Origin: Octopus bimaculoides
Lineage: Eukaryota
NCBI RefSeq assembly: GCF_001194135.2
Contig: NC_068993.1
Coordinates: forward strand, 52,448,510 to 52,500,203
Reading direction: 5' to 3'
DNA: 51,694 nucleotides
Part shown: positions 1 through 13,447 of the stretch, in pieces
How the letters are laid out: each line of letters begins with the position of its first letter
Numbering within the stretch: the stretch's first letter is position 1
Made by a program: the position numbers and the translations under genes
Notes under the pieces: generated by a model
What the model was told of the DNA's origin: nothing
Database searches by the model: none
What the model saw: only the letters and a program-made list of their open reading frames with translations

Positions 1-1127
1 GCGAGAGAGGAAGAGGGGGAGATAGAGAACGGGAGCAATGTGTATGTTGTTGTCACAGATTACGTATGTGTGGTTGTGTGTTTTTACGTATCAATGTTAT
101 GAAAAATAGGTAAAGAATACTGAGAAGAAAGTTTAATCTATGACGTTGTATGTATCACTTTCTCTCTCTGTTGAGCGCGTGTGTAAGAACGCTGTCCCAG
201 GTAGAAGGGAAGAAATAAAAGTTGCTAGAAACAACAGCCAAATCTCCCTTAAATCACACAAAGTAAACGGAATTTTAAAAATCTAATTACTACACTGGAA
301 AGTTCACATCGAGAAAATTCTATTGATGTAAAAAATTTTACAAAAAAGTGAAAAATGTGGATTTCTATAAACTTTTAAAAAGGCTTCACACAGACACACA
401 ACTTCAGCTTTATATGTTAAGATGGTCTGAATATTTGTGTGTATTCTTGATTCACTTAAACAAAAAAGTTAGACACAATGTTTCACCTAAAAGATCTAAT
501 TGCTGAAGTTGACAATTGTATAAAATTGAGACAAACTGAATGACATGAAAGAATTCTCAGTCGGCAACTGAAATATGCTGCTTTGGAGTATGTTTCCATT
601 GCGTCTCACATCATTTTCCCCCCACAGGAATATTACAAATGAAATTCTTTACTTTGATTGTATTAAATCAATGTTTTAGTATCAGTAGTTTAAGATGATT
701 GGACGGTTCAGAATATTATCATTGTTGTTGTTGTTGTTGTTGTAATCATTATTTCAACTGGTGTGAAACATTGTAATAAAACAGATGACAGGTTTAAGAA
801 AGCTTTCACAATACTTCTTTAATCATGTTTAATGTGGTATGAACGCAGTCTTGCTATATAACACATTGGTTTTATTTGCTCTTTTGTTATTTTTTTATTT
901 GCTCCAAAGTCAGCATTAAACTGTTGACATGGATAATAATGATGATGATGATGATGATGATGGTAATATTTTCTTTCCAATTAGTTTTCCTGCTTCTGTG
1001 AAAATACTAGTTTAGTATTTTACGATATCAATGTCTTTCTATAACAAACATTTCCTTTCATCAAATTATAAAGATCACAACTTTTTTTTTACTTATTCTT
1101 TTTTGATTTTGTTTGTTTATTTCAAAG

Positions 1128-1166
1128 GAAGTTTCTTCTCCCAAACTTACAAAGAAACAATCGACA
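1128..1166 (+). CDS. Weak candidate 39-nt exon (all three frames open)
   Basis: Strong T-rich tract ending ttcaaag|, donor ACA|gtaaat. No homology support. Confidence 0.15.
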
Positions 1167-1284
1167 GTAAATGAAGCAAACATTCTCCATGGGTGGGAGC
1201 AATAAACCATAGCATATTATAACTGAGAAGTTATTGCTTTAGTCTTTCGCCAACACTACTGTGCAACCTGTGTTTAATAATAAC

Positions 1285-1603
1285 CTGCACTCTGTTAGTT
1301 ACATCGATGATGGTTCCAGTTGATCTGATCAATGGAACAGCCTGCTCATGAAATTAATGTGCAAGTGGCTGAGTATTCCACAGACACGTGTACCCTTAAG
1401 GTAGTTCTCAATGAAATTCAGCATGATACAGAATGTGACAGGACTGGCCCTTCGAATTACAGGTACGAATCAATTTTGCCAACTGAGTGGATTGGAGCAA
1501 CATGAAATAAAGTGTCTTACCCAAGGACATAATGCGCAACCAGGAATCGAACTCACAACCTTACGATTGTGAGCCAATTACCCTAACTACTAAATCATGT
1601 GCC
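1285..1603 (-). mobile_element. tRNA-derived SINE (same family as 33520-33835)
   Basis: Reverse complement of the 33.5-kb copy (ggttccagttgatc...gaatcgaactcacaaccttacgattgtgagc). Confidence 0.8.
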
Positions 1604-2594
1604 TTCACTAGTTTAATAATAAGTGGAACCAAATTCTCAAAAATGTGACAAAAGTTCTTAAAATATTAGCAGATTTTATCACATTTTACAACATTAATTA
1701 ACTAATTGAACATTCTGAGATAAATTTAGCTTACCATTCTCTGCGATAGGTCATGCCAGATTACATATTTAGCTTTTGTCCAATATTCAACTTGTTTCTC
1801 CTAACTCCAGTACTTTTATTGATTGTGTTAATGGATTGCTAGACTCAAGTGAAAAATATCAATTTATTCAGTAAATATTTTCCTTCTCTACAATGAAGGC
1901 CTCTTTCTGTCTTTGCTCTACCATTATCGAAGTAATTGAATGTATTTTCAGATATGAATGTATCTCTTACTACACTATAAATTATTCCATTAAGTTTCAT
2001 CTTCAATTTTTTTTTTGTTTTTATTTTTTATTCCCCCTTAATTTATTCTGATCTATTGCAAGCCGTGAATTGCTACAGAAATATTCTGCTTGATAAGCCG
2101 TGCATATGTGAAAAATAGTAAATGGTTGTTCTCTTTAGATGCATATTAACAAAATAGATGTCTAATGGCTTAGTAGCAAAGTTCATTGCTTGCTTACACC
2201 AGAATAGAATCAACTTTGGTAATCTGTTGGGGAAGTAGAATTGAAGGCTGCTGGGAAATGGAGCATCAGTAGCTGAATATGTGATGAAGAAGGTATTCAA
2301 CTGGAATGAATGAGTCTTCAATTATCTCATCTACTTTAACTCTCTCAAGACCAGCAGTTTTGATTAACGCTTAAACATGGAACGAATTTTAACTAATCTG
2401 TCAGGGATTTGTTTACTCTCTATCTGCAATGTGAGAAAAATTGATGAAATAAAAATAAAAATGAGGATGATGACAATGATGATGGTGATGACAATAAACA
2501 AGTTAAATTCATAAAGGAATTTCTTTGTAGATTTATATTTCTAGTGTTGCATGATCAAAATTTTATATGTATGTACAAACATATGTTTACACAA

Positions 2595-2621
<27 letters not shown>

Positions 2622-2625
<4 letters not shown>

Positions 2626-2936
2626 TAGAGCATCAGGCTCACAATCATGAAGTAGTGAGTTCAATTCCCAGACCGGGCTATGTGTTATTTTCTTAAGCAA
2701 GACACTAATTTCACATTTCTCCACTTCACTCAGCTGTAGAAATGAGTTGCAACACCACTGGTGCCAAGGTGTATCAGCCTTTGCCTTCTCCTTGGATAAC
2801 ATCGGTGATACCACCGATGTTATCCAAGGAGAAGACTGCTAGTCTTCCATAAACAACCTTGCTCAGACCTGTGCCTCAGAGGGGAACTTTATAGATGCAA
2901 TCCCATGGTCATTCAAGACTGAAGGGAGTATTTACC

Positions 2937-2940
<4 letters not shown>
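2622..2940 (+). mobile_element. tRNA-derived SINE with an internal hairpin
   Basis: B-box-like gagttcaattccc. The 3' part matches the reverse complement of 43270-43395 and 23068-23100. Confidence 0.7.
2785..2834. repeat. Perfect hairpin (23-bp arms, ATAC loop) inside a SINE
   Basis: cttctccttggataacatcggtg atac caccgatgttatccaaggagaag. Confidence 0.95.
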
Positions 2941-2987
<47 letters not shown>

Positions 2988-3247
2988 TGTTTGCATTCTG
3001 CAGTCAGTGAATGTCTCGCAATTCAGTAGACTTGTGACAACCAGTGGAATGATAAATAACTATATAACAAGTGGGAGTTAGTGATAGGAAGAGCATTCAG
3101 CCATTGAAAATCGATCTCGTTAAGTTTTATCAATCCTATGCCATAATGGAATAACAGATTTTATGAATGAGGATGATAATGTCTATATTATATACATAAA
3201 GAGATATATGTACATATAAATTTATGAATATATAATTTTATGTGTGT

Positions 3248-3284
<37 letters not shown>

Positions 3285-3328
3285 AATATATATATATGTA
3301 TATGTATACACACATGCATACACGTGAC

Positions 3329-3367
<39 letters not shown>

Positions 3368-3895
3368 TGGGCTGAAAAAATCCTGGCAGAAAACAAGTAA
3401 GCACTTGGTATAAAGGAATAAGTTTAAATGTCCAACAGGTAGATACCAGTAAACGTATATAGAATACAAACACCAGATAAATCCTCATGTATGACAGGTA
3501 AATCTAACAATCCTTATGTAGAATTTTAAGAAATTCAGATTAACAACAATCAGTAATATGTACAAGAAACAATCATATTGTTATATCAGATCACATCTTA
3601 AAAATCCAACAATTGTTTCAATTGCATTAACATATACATACATATATTCATATATACACATATTGCTGTATTCTTTTATTTGTTTCAGTCACCTTGACTG
3701 TAGCCATACTGGAGCACCGCTTTTAGTCGAACAAATCAACCCCTAGACTTATTCTTTGTAAGCCTAGTACTTATTGTGTCAGTCTCTTTTGCTGAACCGC
3801 TAAGTTAAGGGCACATAAACACACCAACATTGGTTGTCAAGTGATGGGGGGGGGGGGAAACAAGCATATACACACACACATACACATACACACAG

Positions 3896-3926
<31 letters not shown>

Positions 3927-4841
3927 NNNNNNNNNNNNNNNNNNNNNNNNNNNNNNNNNNNNNNNNNNNNNNNNNNNNNNNNNNNNNNNNNNNNNNNNNN
4001 NNNNNNNNNNNNNNNNNNNNNNNNNNNNNNNNNNNNNNNNNNNNNNNNNNNNNNNNNNNNNNNNNNNNNNNNNNNNNNNNNNNNNNNNNNNNNNNNNNNN
4101 NNNNNNNNNNNNNNNNNNNNNNNNNNNNNNNNNNNNNNNNNNNNNNNNNNNNNNNNNNNNNNNNNNNNNNNNNNNNNNNNNNNNNNNNNNNNNNNNNNNN
4201 NNNNNNNNNNNNNNNNNNNNNNNNNNNNNNNNNNNNNNNNNNNNNNNNNNNNNNNNNNNNNNNNNNNNNNNNNNNNNNNNNNNNNNNNNNNNNNNNNNNN
4301 NNNNNNNNNNNNNNNNNNNNNNNNNNNNNNNNNNNNNNNNNNNNNNNNNNNNNNNNNNNNNNNNNNNNNNNNNNNNNNNNNNNNNNNNNNNNNNNNNNNN
4401 NNNNNNNNNNNNNNNNNNNNNNNNNNNNNNNNNNNNNNNNNNNNNNNNNNNNNNNNNNNNNNNNNNNNNNNNNNNNNNNNNNNNNNNNNNNNNNNNNNNN
4501 NNNNNNNNNNNNNNNNNNNNNNNNNNNNNNNNNNNNNNNNNNNNNNNNNNNNNNNNNNNNNNNNNNNNNNNNNNNNNNNNNNNNNNNNNNNNNNNNNNNN
4601 NNNNNNNNNNNNNNNNNNNNNNNNNNNNNNNNNNNNNNNNNNNNNNNNNNNNNNNNNNNNNNNNNNNNNNNNNNNNNNNNNNNNNNNNNNNNNNNNNNNN
4701 NNNNNNNNNNNNNNNNNNNNNNNNNNNNNNNNNNNNNNNNNNNNNNNNNNNNNNNNNNNNNNNNNNNNNNNNNNNNNNNNNNNNNNNNNNNNNNNNNNNN
4801 NNNNNNNNNNNNNNNNNNNNNNNNNNNNNNNNNNNNNNNNN
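3927..4841. other. Assembly gap
   Basis: N run preceded by (AT)n. Confidence 1.
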
Positions 4842-5324
4842 TACACATGATATTATTAAAATTTATAATAATACGTATGAAAATTTATGTCAACACAACA
4901 TTGTCAAAGTAATCCAAATTGGTGAAATTCTAACTGAACATCTGAAAAAAATCTTAGCTGTTAACAAACACTAACAAAAAGAAACGCCAAACCAAATTTA
5001 ACTTTAGACATTCGTTCACTCAACCAAGCATGACATCATTGAATAACTAATTTAGTTTATAAAAATAAAATATAAAAAATACCATACTGAAACCATATTT
5101 TTTGACAATTTGAAATCTGCATTAAAACAAACAACCTAATGTAGAAAAGTATATTTATTTATCTACTAAAACCGATGACGTCATTGGATATCTAAAGAAC
5201 AAAAACTGCAGACAAGAATTCTACATTATGCTTAATAGATAACTAAAGAATAAAAACTACAGATAATAATTCTACGTAATGCTCAATTGAAACTTATATA
5301 CTTTACATCACAATAATTAATTAG

Positions 5325-5355
<31 letters not shown>

Positions 5356-5486
5356 TTTAATAAACCTTCTATAGGAATTAACCTTATTTTATAATAACTG
5401 AAGAATTGTATTCAACAACCACCGAGGATCTCACAGTGATCTAAAATAAAGATATGATTTTCTTTGTACATATTATTGATTATGCA

Positions 5487-5542
<56 letters not shown>

Positions 5543-5743
5543 TGAGTGAGTTTTGAGAATAGTAGGTTAGTGCGGTAAATTATTATAAGCCATATGTTTG
5601 TGTCACATTACAAGATTATTCTAATTTCTCATTAAGTATTTTCATTAACTCTAATTGCCTCACAAACATGATCTCTTTTGTTTTGTCTTTTTTTTGTTAT
5701 GTTTTTTTTTTTTTTTCAAATATACTTTATTCCTGGGTCTCAG

Positions 5744-5786
5744 TAGTAAAGATGAGAATGGGAAATATATATACACCTTTTGAAAT
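5744..5786 (+). CDS. Weak candidate exon (xVKMRMGNIYTPFE), phase 1 to 2
   Basis: Long upstream T-tract, cag|tag tandem acceptor, donor AAT|gtatgt. No homology support. Confidence 0.2.
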
Positions 5787-6256
5787 GTATGTGATTGTCT
5801 AACTTAACAGATTTAACTGCTCAAATTAAAATGCACCTTGTCTGTGCTCTCGTGTGTGTGTGTGTGTGTGTGTATGTGTGTGGTGTGCTTGTGAGTTTTG
5901 TGTCATGTGAATGCACCCCGTCCATTGTTACTGCCAACCTTTCAGCAATAGTTAACATCTATCCATTTATCTCCCAAAATTATTTGAGATCTAATGCTAG
6001 ATTATATGTTTCCTTAACATAATGTTAACTTCTTGACTATCATTGTTTCCAAAGCCTGTGCTTATACCTCTCAGCTATAAAACCAAACATCAAAAGATAA
6101 TTCCTATTTATATTGACACCTACACAGAGAGATTCCATCAAGTTGTCAACAAACATATATGTTATCAGATCGGAGGGAAAAAAAAAAATCTAAACCAAAG
6201 AAATAAATAAATTGGCCAATTGAAATAAATCTTCACAAGCTCTTTGATATACGTGA

Positions 6257-6302
<46 letters not shown>

Positions 6303-6494
6303 TTATGAAACAAGTTAGGCTTATGAAGAAGTTTTGTTGCAACATTCAATGAGAAAAATAATGTTACCTCTGTACCACTAGTGCCCTTAAACATGCTACA
6401 CTATAGTTTATCACTAACACACGTACGCACACATCTTATTATTATTACCACCACTACCTGTACCAACACTAAAACTTCTCGTTCTTTGTTGTTG

Positions 6495-6880
6495 TTCTTC
6501 TTCTACCTCCTCTTCCTTTTTCTCTTTCTTCTTCCTCCTCTTTCCCCTCCTCTTCTTTCTTCTTCTTCTTCTCCTTCTCTTACTTCTTTCTTCTTATTTC
6601 TTCCTCTTCTTTCTTCTCTTTCTTATTCCTCCTCTTCTTTCTTTCTTCTCTTACTTCTTCTTTCTTCTTCTCTTCCTCTTCTTTCTTCTCTTCTTTCTTC
6701 TTCCTCCTTCTCTTCTTCCTCTTCCTCTTTTTTCTTCTTTTCTTACTTCTTCCTCCTCTTCTTTCTTCCTCTCTTACTTCTTCTTTTCTTCCTCTTCTTT
6801 CTTCTCTTACTTCTCTTCTTTCTTCTCTTACTTCTTCTTCTTCTTCTTCCTCTTCTTTCTTCTCTTACTTCTTCTTCTTC
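6495..6880. repeat. About 385-bp polypyrimidine (CTT/CTC) tract with recurring tcttacttct units
   Basis: Read directly; no G and very few A. Confidence 0.95.
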
Positions 6881-7282
6881 ACTCATCATTTTCATCACTT
6901 AAAATCCTTGACCAAGAATTTTATACACAACCCACCCACAATTAAAATTGCTTCACCTTATTTATTCTGCATCTGAATATTTTTGCACCAGTCAAATCAC
7001 AATTCCTGTCCCTTTTACTTGTTTCAATCATAGGACTCTGACCATGCTGGAGCACCAGCTTAAAGGGTTTAGTTGAACAAATCCACCTCAGTACGTTCAG
7101 TTTTTTAAAGTCTGGTACTTATTCTGTTGGCCCTTTTGTCGAGTTATGGGAACATAACTTATGGTACATTTTTCCTCTTCTTTCTACTTAAATTCTGGTT
7201 TCCAGTTTTGGTGAAATGTTGCTAAGCATCTTACATGGTGTATTAATGGTTCTTCCAGCTCATCACCTTATAACATTGGTTT

Positions 7283-7725
7283 GAAATTTTGGCACAAGGC
7301 CAGCAATTTTGGGGTAAGGAGAAAGTCAATTACATTGACCCCAGTGCTGGTACTTATTTTATCAACCCCCAAAAGATGAAAGGCAAAGTTGACCATGGCA
7401 GCAGTTGAACTCAGAACATAAAAACAGACGATATGCTGCTAAGCGTTTTGCCTGGTACAGTATTGATTCTCCCAGCTCATCACTTTCTTCCTACCTAAAT
7501 ATTGGTTTCAAATTTTGGCACAAGGTCAACAATTTCAAAGGAGGAGTCATGTCAATTACACCGACGCCAGTGCTCTACTGGTACTTATTTTATTGACCCC
7601 CAAAAAGATGAAAGGCAAAGTTAACCGCAACGGAATTGTTACTCAGAACATGAAGACAAACAAAATGCCGCTAAGCATTTTGCCTGCCACAGTAATGATT
7701 CTACCAGTTTGCTACCTTCTTCCTA
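7283..7725 (-). mobile_element. Two tandem SINE copies (ggcaaagttgacc...gaactcagaac family)
   Basis: The ttttggcacaagg...gtcaattaca...ggtacttatttta...aaagatgaaaggcaaagtt block occurs twice. Same family at about 12.8k, 14.8k, 21.0k, 32.7k, 39.6k, 45.5k and 45.7k. Confidence 0.8.
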
Positions 7726-8145
7726 CCTAAATATTACAAGCAGTTATTCATTCCAAAGATAGCAAACCTACAACTCTTTAACCACCAAATAAAACTTAAT
7801 TTATCTCATTCATTATCCTCATTTCTTCTCTATTCAAAGAGGACCCCATGTTCCTACTGAGATATATCAATGTAAATACAAACTGTCTTCTATAAAGTCT
7901 AAAGTTTAGTTACTTCAACAGTAAACACCATTAGAGTCTATTCTAGTCAGAGTTCTTAAATGAATAAAAACCACATGGTGTTTGTTAAAATTCTAATTTA
8001 GTAATCTATGTTTAAAACAATAAATAAATTTTCTGGAGTTAATGTGTATTGAATTAGAATTTGGAGAGTTACGATATAGTTGAATTTTATTTAGCAATGA
8101 AATTTAGGCGCCAGTGTGACTGTGTGATATACCAGCATATATCAG

Positions 8146-8375
8146 TGGAGAAGCATGGTTTAGTGGGTAGGGTATTGGAATCATAAGTTTGTGGTTTCAA
8201 TTCCTGGACTGGGTGATGCACTGGGGTCTTGAGCAAAGCACTTTATTTCACGTTACTCCAGTCCACTCAGCTGGTAAGAAGGAGTAATCCTGCGAAAGAC
8301 TGGCATCCTGTCCAGGAAGAGATATATACATTAGAGAAAGCAGGAAACTGGACCTATGTTCCTTACAGAGTAATG
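8146..8375 (+). mobile_element. tRNA-derived SINE
   Basis: A/B-box-like catggtttagtgg / ggtttcaattcc. Similar to 12205-12435 (-) and 34690-34920 (+). Confidence 0.7.
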
Positions 8376-8879
8376 TGAACTAACTATGACTGTGTGATTA
8401 AAAAGTTTACTTCATGACCATGTGATTGTTGGTTCATTACTGTTGTATGAATTTAAAATTGTTCCAGAAGTCCATTGTGTGTGTGTGTATATAAAGAACA
8501 CCAGATGAATAATGTGTCAATTCACTATAGCTGTTTCCAACAAGTTTTTTTTATTGATTAAGGGAGACATTACATCATTAGAAAAAAAAAACCATTTTCA
8601 TCAGGTGAATATATTTATCACAACATTCCAAAACATTCAAAAGTTTGTGCTACTTCATGACGCTATGACCAGTGTCAGTCATAAGAATATGACTTGATTC
8701 ACTCGAATCCTGATCTACTTGCATAGCAAGTGACTTGATCTGAGATCGTGTGCTGGAACGAAAACAATTGCTGCATGAAAGGTGTTTATAAGCCATTTAA
8801 GAAACACACAAAAACCGTTAGATTCACTTCAACATTTAAATTTAATTTGCCAAAATATTTTCGTCGCTTTGAGATCATG

Positions 8880-9095
8880 ACAGTACCGCCTGACTGGCCT
8901 TCGTGCCAGTGGCACGTAAAAGCACCCACTACACTCTCAGAATGGTTGGCATTAGGAAGGGCATCCAGCTGTAGAAACTCTGCCAAATCAGATTGGAGCC
9001 TGGTGTAGCCATCTGGTTCACCAGTCTTCAGTCAAATCGTCCAACCCATGCTAGCATGGAAAGCGGACGTTAAACGATGATGATGATGATGATGA
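8880..9095 (+). mobile_element. Young SINE-like repeat with (GAT)n tail
   Basis: cacgtaaaagcacccactacactctc...ggaagggcatccagctgtagaaac...gttaaacgatgatg. Near-identical copy at 31915-32110; older copies at about 10.85k, 32.13k, 34.95k, 44.38k and 48.9k. Confidence 0.85.
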
Positions 9096-11041
9096 TTCAT
9101 TTGATATGGTTGTGTAATTAAGTTGCTCACCCTCCAGTTGTATGGTTTCAAGTGCCGTCCTGTTGCTGCATGGCACCTTAGACAAGTGTCTTCTATAGCT
9201 CTGGGTCAACCAAAGCTTTATGAGTGATTTTGGTAAATAGATATTTTTACATGTGTGTGTGTGTGTGTTGAGTGTGTACACTTGTGTCTCCTTGCAATGG
9301 CATCACATGATAATTGTAAGTGAGTGTCACCATCATATAAGAGGTGTTGTTCATTCCAGTCTTCTGTGGTGCTGTAGCAGTGTTGGCAGTGCTACTGGTG
9401 GTGGCGGTGGCTGCAGTGGCGGTGGTGGTAGGAATGATGACGACAATTGTGTATGTACATATGTGTGTGCCTGAATGACACTACTGGGATTAAAGCAAGA
9501 TCTGACTGGATTCCCCACAATTTCCATCCACCAAATTCTGTTTGCAAGGCTTTTTGACTCTTACCCTAGGCAACTCATGGTAGGACTGAACACGAAGTTA
9601 TGTAGTTGCTGAAAAGAACTTCTTAACTGCACAGCCTCACTTAAACAGAAAGTCAGAATGTGTATATGTGAGAATATCAAAATGATGACAGTGATGACGT
9701 GTGTGTGTTTGTCTGTCTGTCTGTGGTGTGTGATCATGTGTCTATTTACTTTACTAAAAGTAAAGTTCTATTATTGGGATTATAACCTCTATAAAGTTTT
9801 AATGAAGTAATTATGGCTGTTGAAGAAGTTTATAGTCACTGTCTTTAATTTTATAACATTTCTCTCACTGTAAATGACATTACATTTCGATTGAAATTAG
9901 AATCCAGGAGTGGAGAATCACTAGAATATTAGCATATGTGTATATTAACCTATTTTTGGGTTGTTTTTTTTTTTTTTTTTTTAGTTAATTTGACTCAACA
10001 TCAATAAAAGCATAAATGTTCATGGTCTTTATAAATGAACAAAATTATCACCAGCATTAATTAGCTAATGGTTGCAGATATAGCTATGTGGTTTAAGACC
10101 CTTGCTTTGCAACCATTTGATTTTTAGTGTGAACTCACATTTCATAATACAATATACTTTGAGAGAGTATATATATATATTGTATGTATGTGTGAATGTG
10201 TATGTTTATATCTCCTTGTCTTGACATCACATGAAAGTTGTAAATGAGTGTCACTGTTGTACAAGCAGTGTCATTAATTTCCAATATTCTGCAAAAATAT
10301 GTCTAGCCACAGGGTAATATTACCTTCCATGGAAACAGGTGAAGGTTGATGACAGGAAGGGCATCTCTCACCCCTTTCATGCCTGCCCAATTTCTACCAT
10401 TGTAACCTACTCTTCCCTACCTTCCCTACACATCATCTCTCAGCACTTGTTCTTCTTAATCTTCATGCTCTCATCGATTCCCTATCTCTAACCACCTCCC
10501 ACCCACTCATTCAGTCTTGCTACCTCTGCCCATCCTCATTTCTTGCTCTCTTGTCCTCATTCACTTCGTACCTTTAAGATCCATCCCAACACCTCATTAC
10601 CACTATACTTTGTCTCTTTCCACCTCCACTCCAGTCACTCCTTCCTTCTCTACTACAATGGGAGTATCTTTGTAGCTCCCCTACAGCAAGAAATTTGTTC
10701 TGTTCTGTCCTGTTCAGACCCCTTCTATTATACTTTAAACCCCTCATCCCATACCATAAAGCTCCCCTACTCTCTACTGTAGTCCCAATCAATCAAAGGA
10801 GATCTTAGTCTTTCAGGTTGCTATAGTGCCATGAAAAAGGCAACAGTACTTGCTGTAAAGTGAATGCCATTAGGAAGGGCACCCAGCCACGGAATCCATG
10901 CCAAAGCAGACATTGGAGCACAATGCTGTGAAACCATCCAATCCATGCCAGCATGGAGCATGGATTTTAAATGATGATGACGATGATGATGGTTGTTTTA
11001 CACTCACTCTTCCATGGTAACATGGATTGAACACAGTTATA

Positions 11042-11705
11042 TATGAGGTTTGATCAAAAAGTATTTAAACTGTTGCTATGGTAACAGAACTGTGCCACTT
11101 GGCACAGATTCTGTCATGCATGCATTCTAAGTTATAACTTTCTTGCTCTCTTCTGTTGTATAAGGATGAAAGGTAAAGTTGACCTCAGCAGAACTTGAAC
11201 TAGACAGACAAAATGCCACCAAGCATTTTGCCTGACTGGCTAACAATTCTGCCATCTTGCCACCTTATTTAATTTTCTTAATATGAGCTCTTTTAGGAAG
11301 GCAGCACACTAACATAATTATTAGCATGTTCGACAAAAGTGTGCCGAGTGTGGTCATCTCAACAAGATCAGGTTTCAACTGCACAGGATCAAGAAAGATG
11401 GAAACATTTTGAAAATGGTCTTAGTAGGTGACAAATAGTGGGTCTGTAGCTATGACTCCAAAACCAATGCTCAGTCTTTTCAGTGAAAGACCTCCAACAA
11501 GATTTCATGATGTTGAGGAAATCCACAAGAATACAGCAAGACAGCTTCTCACTATTTCAAAACAAGGTGTCCTAGGAATGTTTCCATCAATGGAAACAAT
11601 GCTGGATAAAGTGCATGGCTTCAGAAGGGGACGACTTCTGCCAAATTGATGTTGTAGTTTTCCTTTTATAACACCAGTCCTGATACTTTTTGATCAGACT
11701 TTGTA
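11042..11705 (+). mobile_element. Internally deleted mariner element with a nested SINE fragment (about 11160-11265)
   Basis: TIRs TAtgaggtttgatcaaaaagtat / atactttttgatcagactttgTA. Transposase remnants GDK*WVCSYDSKTNAQS and ECFHQWKQCWIKCMASEGDDF. Confidence 0.8.
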
Positions 11706-13330
11706 CATCAGATGCAATATTGATTTCTTAAGTAGCCATAAAGTAAAGCTAGTAAAAGAGAAATGAGATTGTGTGACGTTTATTCTTTTAACCAGTGATA
11801 TCAATAATATGTGGGAAGTTGAAACATCTTTAAGAAAGAATTGATATATGTCTGTTTATTAAGCTCATTAGAAACTTTATGGTGCTTGCTACATTATTAA
11901 TTACTAAGTGAAATGGTTAGACATGAAGCATGAAATTAGGATCTAAAGTATTTTATTTGTCTCTAGTTGAAATATAAATAGTATTTCTTGGTAAGTGGTC
12001 GTTATCAAAGATGCATCTTGCTGTAAATTAACTCTTAATCTTGCTACAGTTTTATAAGTTAGTTGAAAGAGAAGATTCTCAGAGGTGGGTGAAGTTGAGG
12101 TGGTTGATGTTCAGTTCAAACATCTGTGAGTTGGAGTCTATAGGAAACATGTGCATGGAGAAGGTGTTCTTAATTATAAGGGAGAAAGAATGGTTAGTCC
12201 ACATTACTCTTTAAGGAGCCAAGGATTAGTTTCTCTGGCGTATATATTCATCCCTGGGATGGGATGCCAGTCCATTGCAGGATTACTCATTTTTACCAGC
12301 TGAATGGACTGGAACAATGTGAAACGAAGTGCTTTACTCAATAACACAACACACTGCTTGGTCCAAGAATCAAAACCACAATATTACAATCGTTAATCCA
12401 ATAGCCTGACTGCTAAGTCATGCACTTCCACAAGGGAGAAAGAACAGTGTGATGTATTGGTGTGAGATTTGGGAGGTGAAACACAATAGCAGTGGGAGGA
12501 AGAAAAGAAAGGTAAGCCTGGAAGGTGGAGGTATGCATCTAGTTAATTCAGAGGCCATTGTAGTGTCGCTAGAAGAGTGTTGTGTATTGCTTCATATGTA
12601 ACAAGTGTGACATACAAGCTATGTGTAGCAGTTGTGATTTTATGTTGTTGAAAAATAATTTTAGGTTGTCCTGTCTCATTAAAAGATTTGAATTATCTAT
12701 TTTCTAGAAATTAGCTTAAACTTTTGATATCACTTTTCATTTGACACTTTTACATTCACTTTTTCATGTTACTTCTTTTAGGAAGGTGGCACCCTGACTG
12801 AATTGTTAGAATGTCAGACATGCTCATTGGCATTTCTTCCACCTTCATGTCCTGAGTTTATATTCTACTTAGGTCAGCTTTGCCTTTCATTTTTTCAAGA
12901 ATGTTAAAATAAGAACCAGTTGAGCACTGAGGTCAGTGTTATTAACTAGCCCTCCACCCTAAAATTTCAGAATATTAGTTTGTTTTTTTTTTACTACTTT
13001 AATTTTCTTTCTTCATACAAACATTCATCGCTATATCAAATTTTGAACCTTTGCCTAAAATTTGATATACTTATCAATGAAGCAAAGTTTTTATAGCTGC
13101 ACGTCTCTGTACCAGTAATGACTTTGGTTGTTAAGTCAGAATTAAATTCAGAGTTAGAAAAACAAACTGAGGTATCATATTGTACAGACAAGAATGTAAT
13201 ATTTCAAACACAGTATAGTTGTGAAACAGCAGAAAGAATGGATATTATTATCCTTATAAAACAGAAAAAAGTTGTCAACAAACAGCCACAGGATCCGAGT
13301 AATAATACCTAATCTTTCTGCTGTTTTCAG

Positions 13331-13447
13331 GGCTATACTGCATTCGAATTATTACCTTTTTGTCGGCACAATACAATACACATTTGACTCCTCTAAAAAA
13401 AAGATAAGAGTTTGTTTACATATGTTGTTGTTGCATTCCAAAGTGAG
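13331..13447 (+). CDS. Candidate upstream PDE2 exon (AILHSNYYLFVGTIQYTFDSSKKKIRVCLHMLLLHSKV(R)), 117 nt, phase 2 to 2
   Basis: Branch-like ctaat plus ctttctgctgttttcag|, donor GAG|gtatgt. The single open frame is phase-compatible with 13988. Confidence 0.35.

Noticed and set aside
3800-4974. Long ORFs of 338-377 aa, and similar ones at 24.9k, 31.6k, 41.2k and 50.0k
   Set aside because: They are runs of X across assembly gaps flanked by microsatellite translations.
4842-5440. A-rich stretch that might be a reverse-transcriptase or Penelope remnant
   Set aside because: No diagnostic motif could be read in any frame.
6381-6902. 173-aa Leu/Ser/Phe-rich ORF resembling a membrane protein
   Set aside because: It is the translation of the polypyrimidine tract, which cannot contain stops on this strand.
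10370-10840. C/T-rich complex segment with short ORFs on both strands
   Set aside because: Probably an old repeat fragment; no recognisable protein motif or splice support.
11967-11990. 24-nt segment with tctctag| and TTG|gtaagt
   Set aside because: Stop codons in all three frames and no other support.
13097-13312. Open frame LHVSVPVMTLVVKSELNSELEKQTE... with donor GAG|gtatca
   Set aside because: Its phase-0 exit does not fit the 13331 candidate and no motif is recognisable. It cannot be excluded as an alternative exon.
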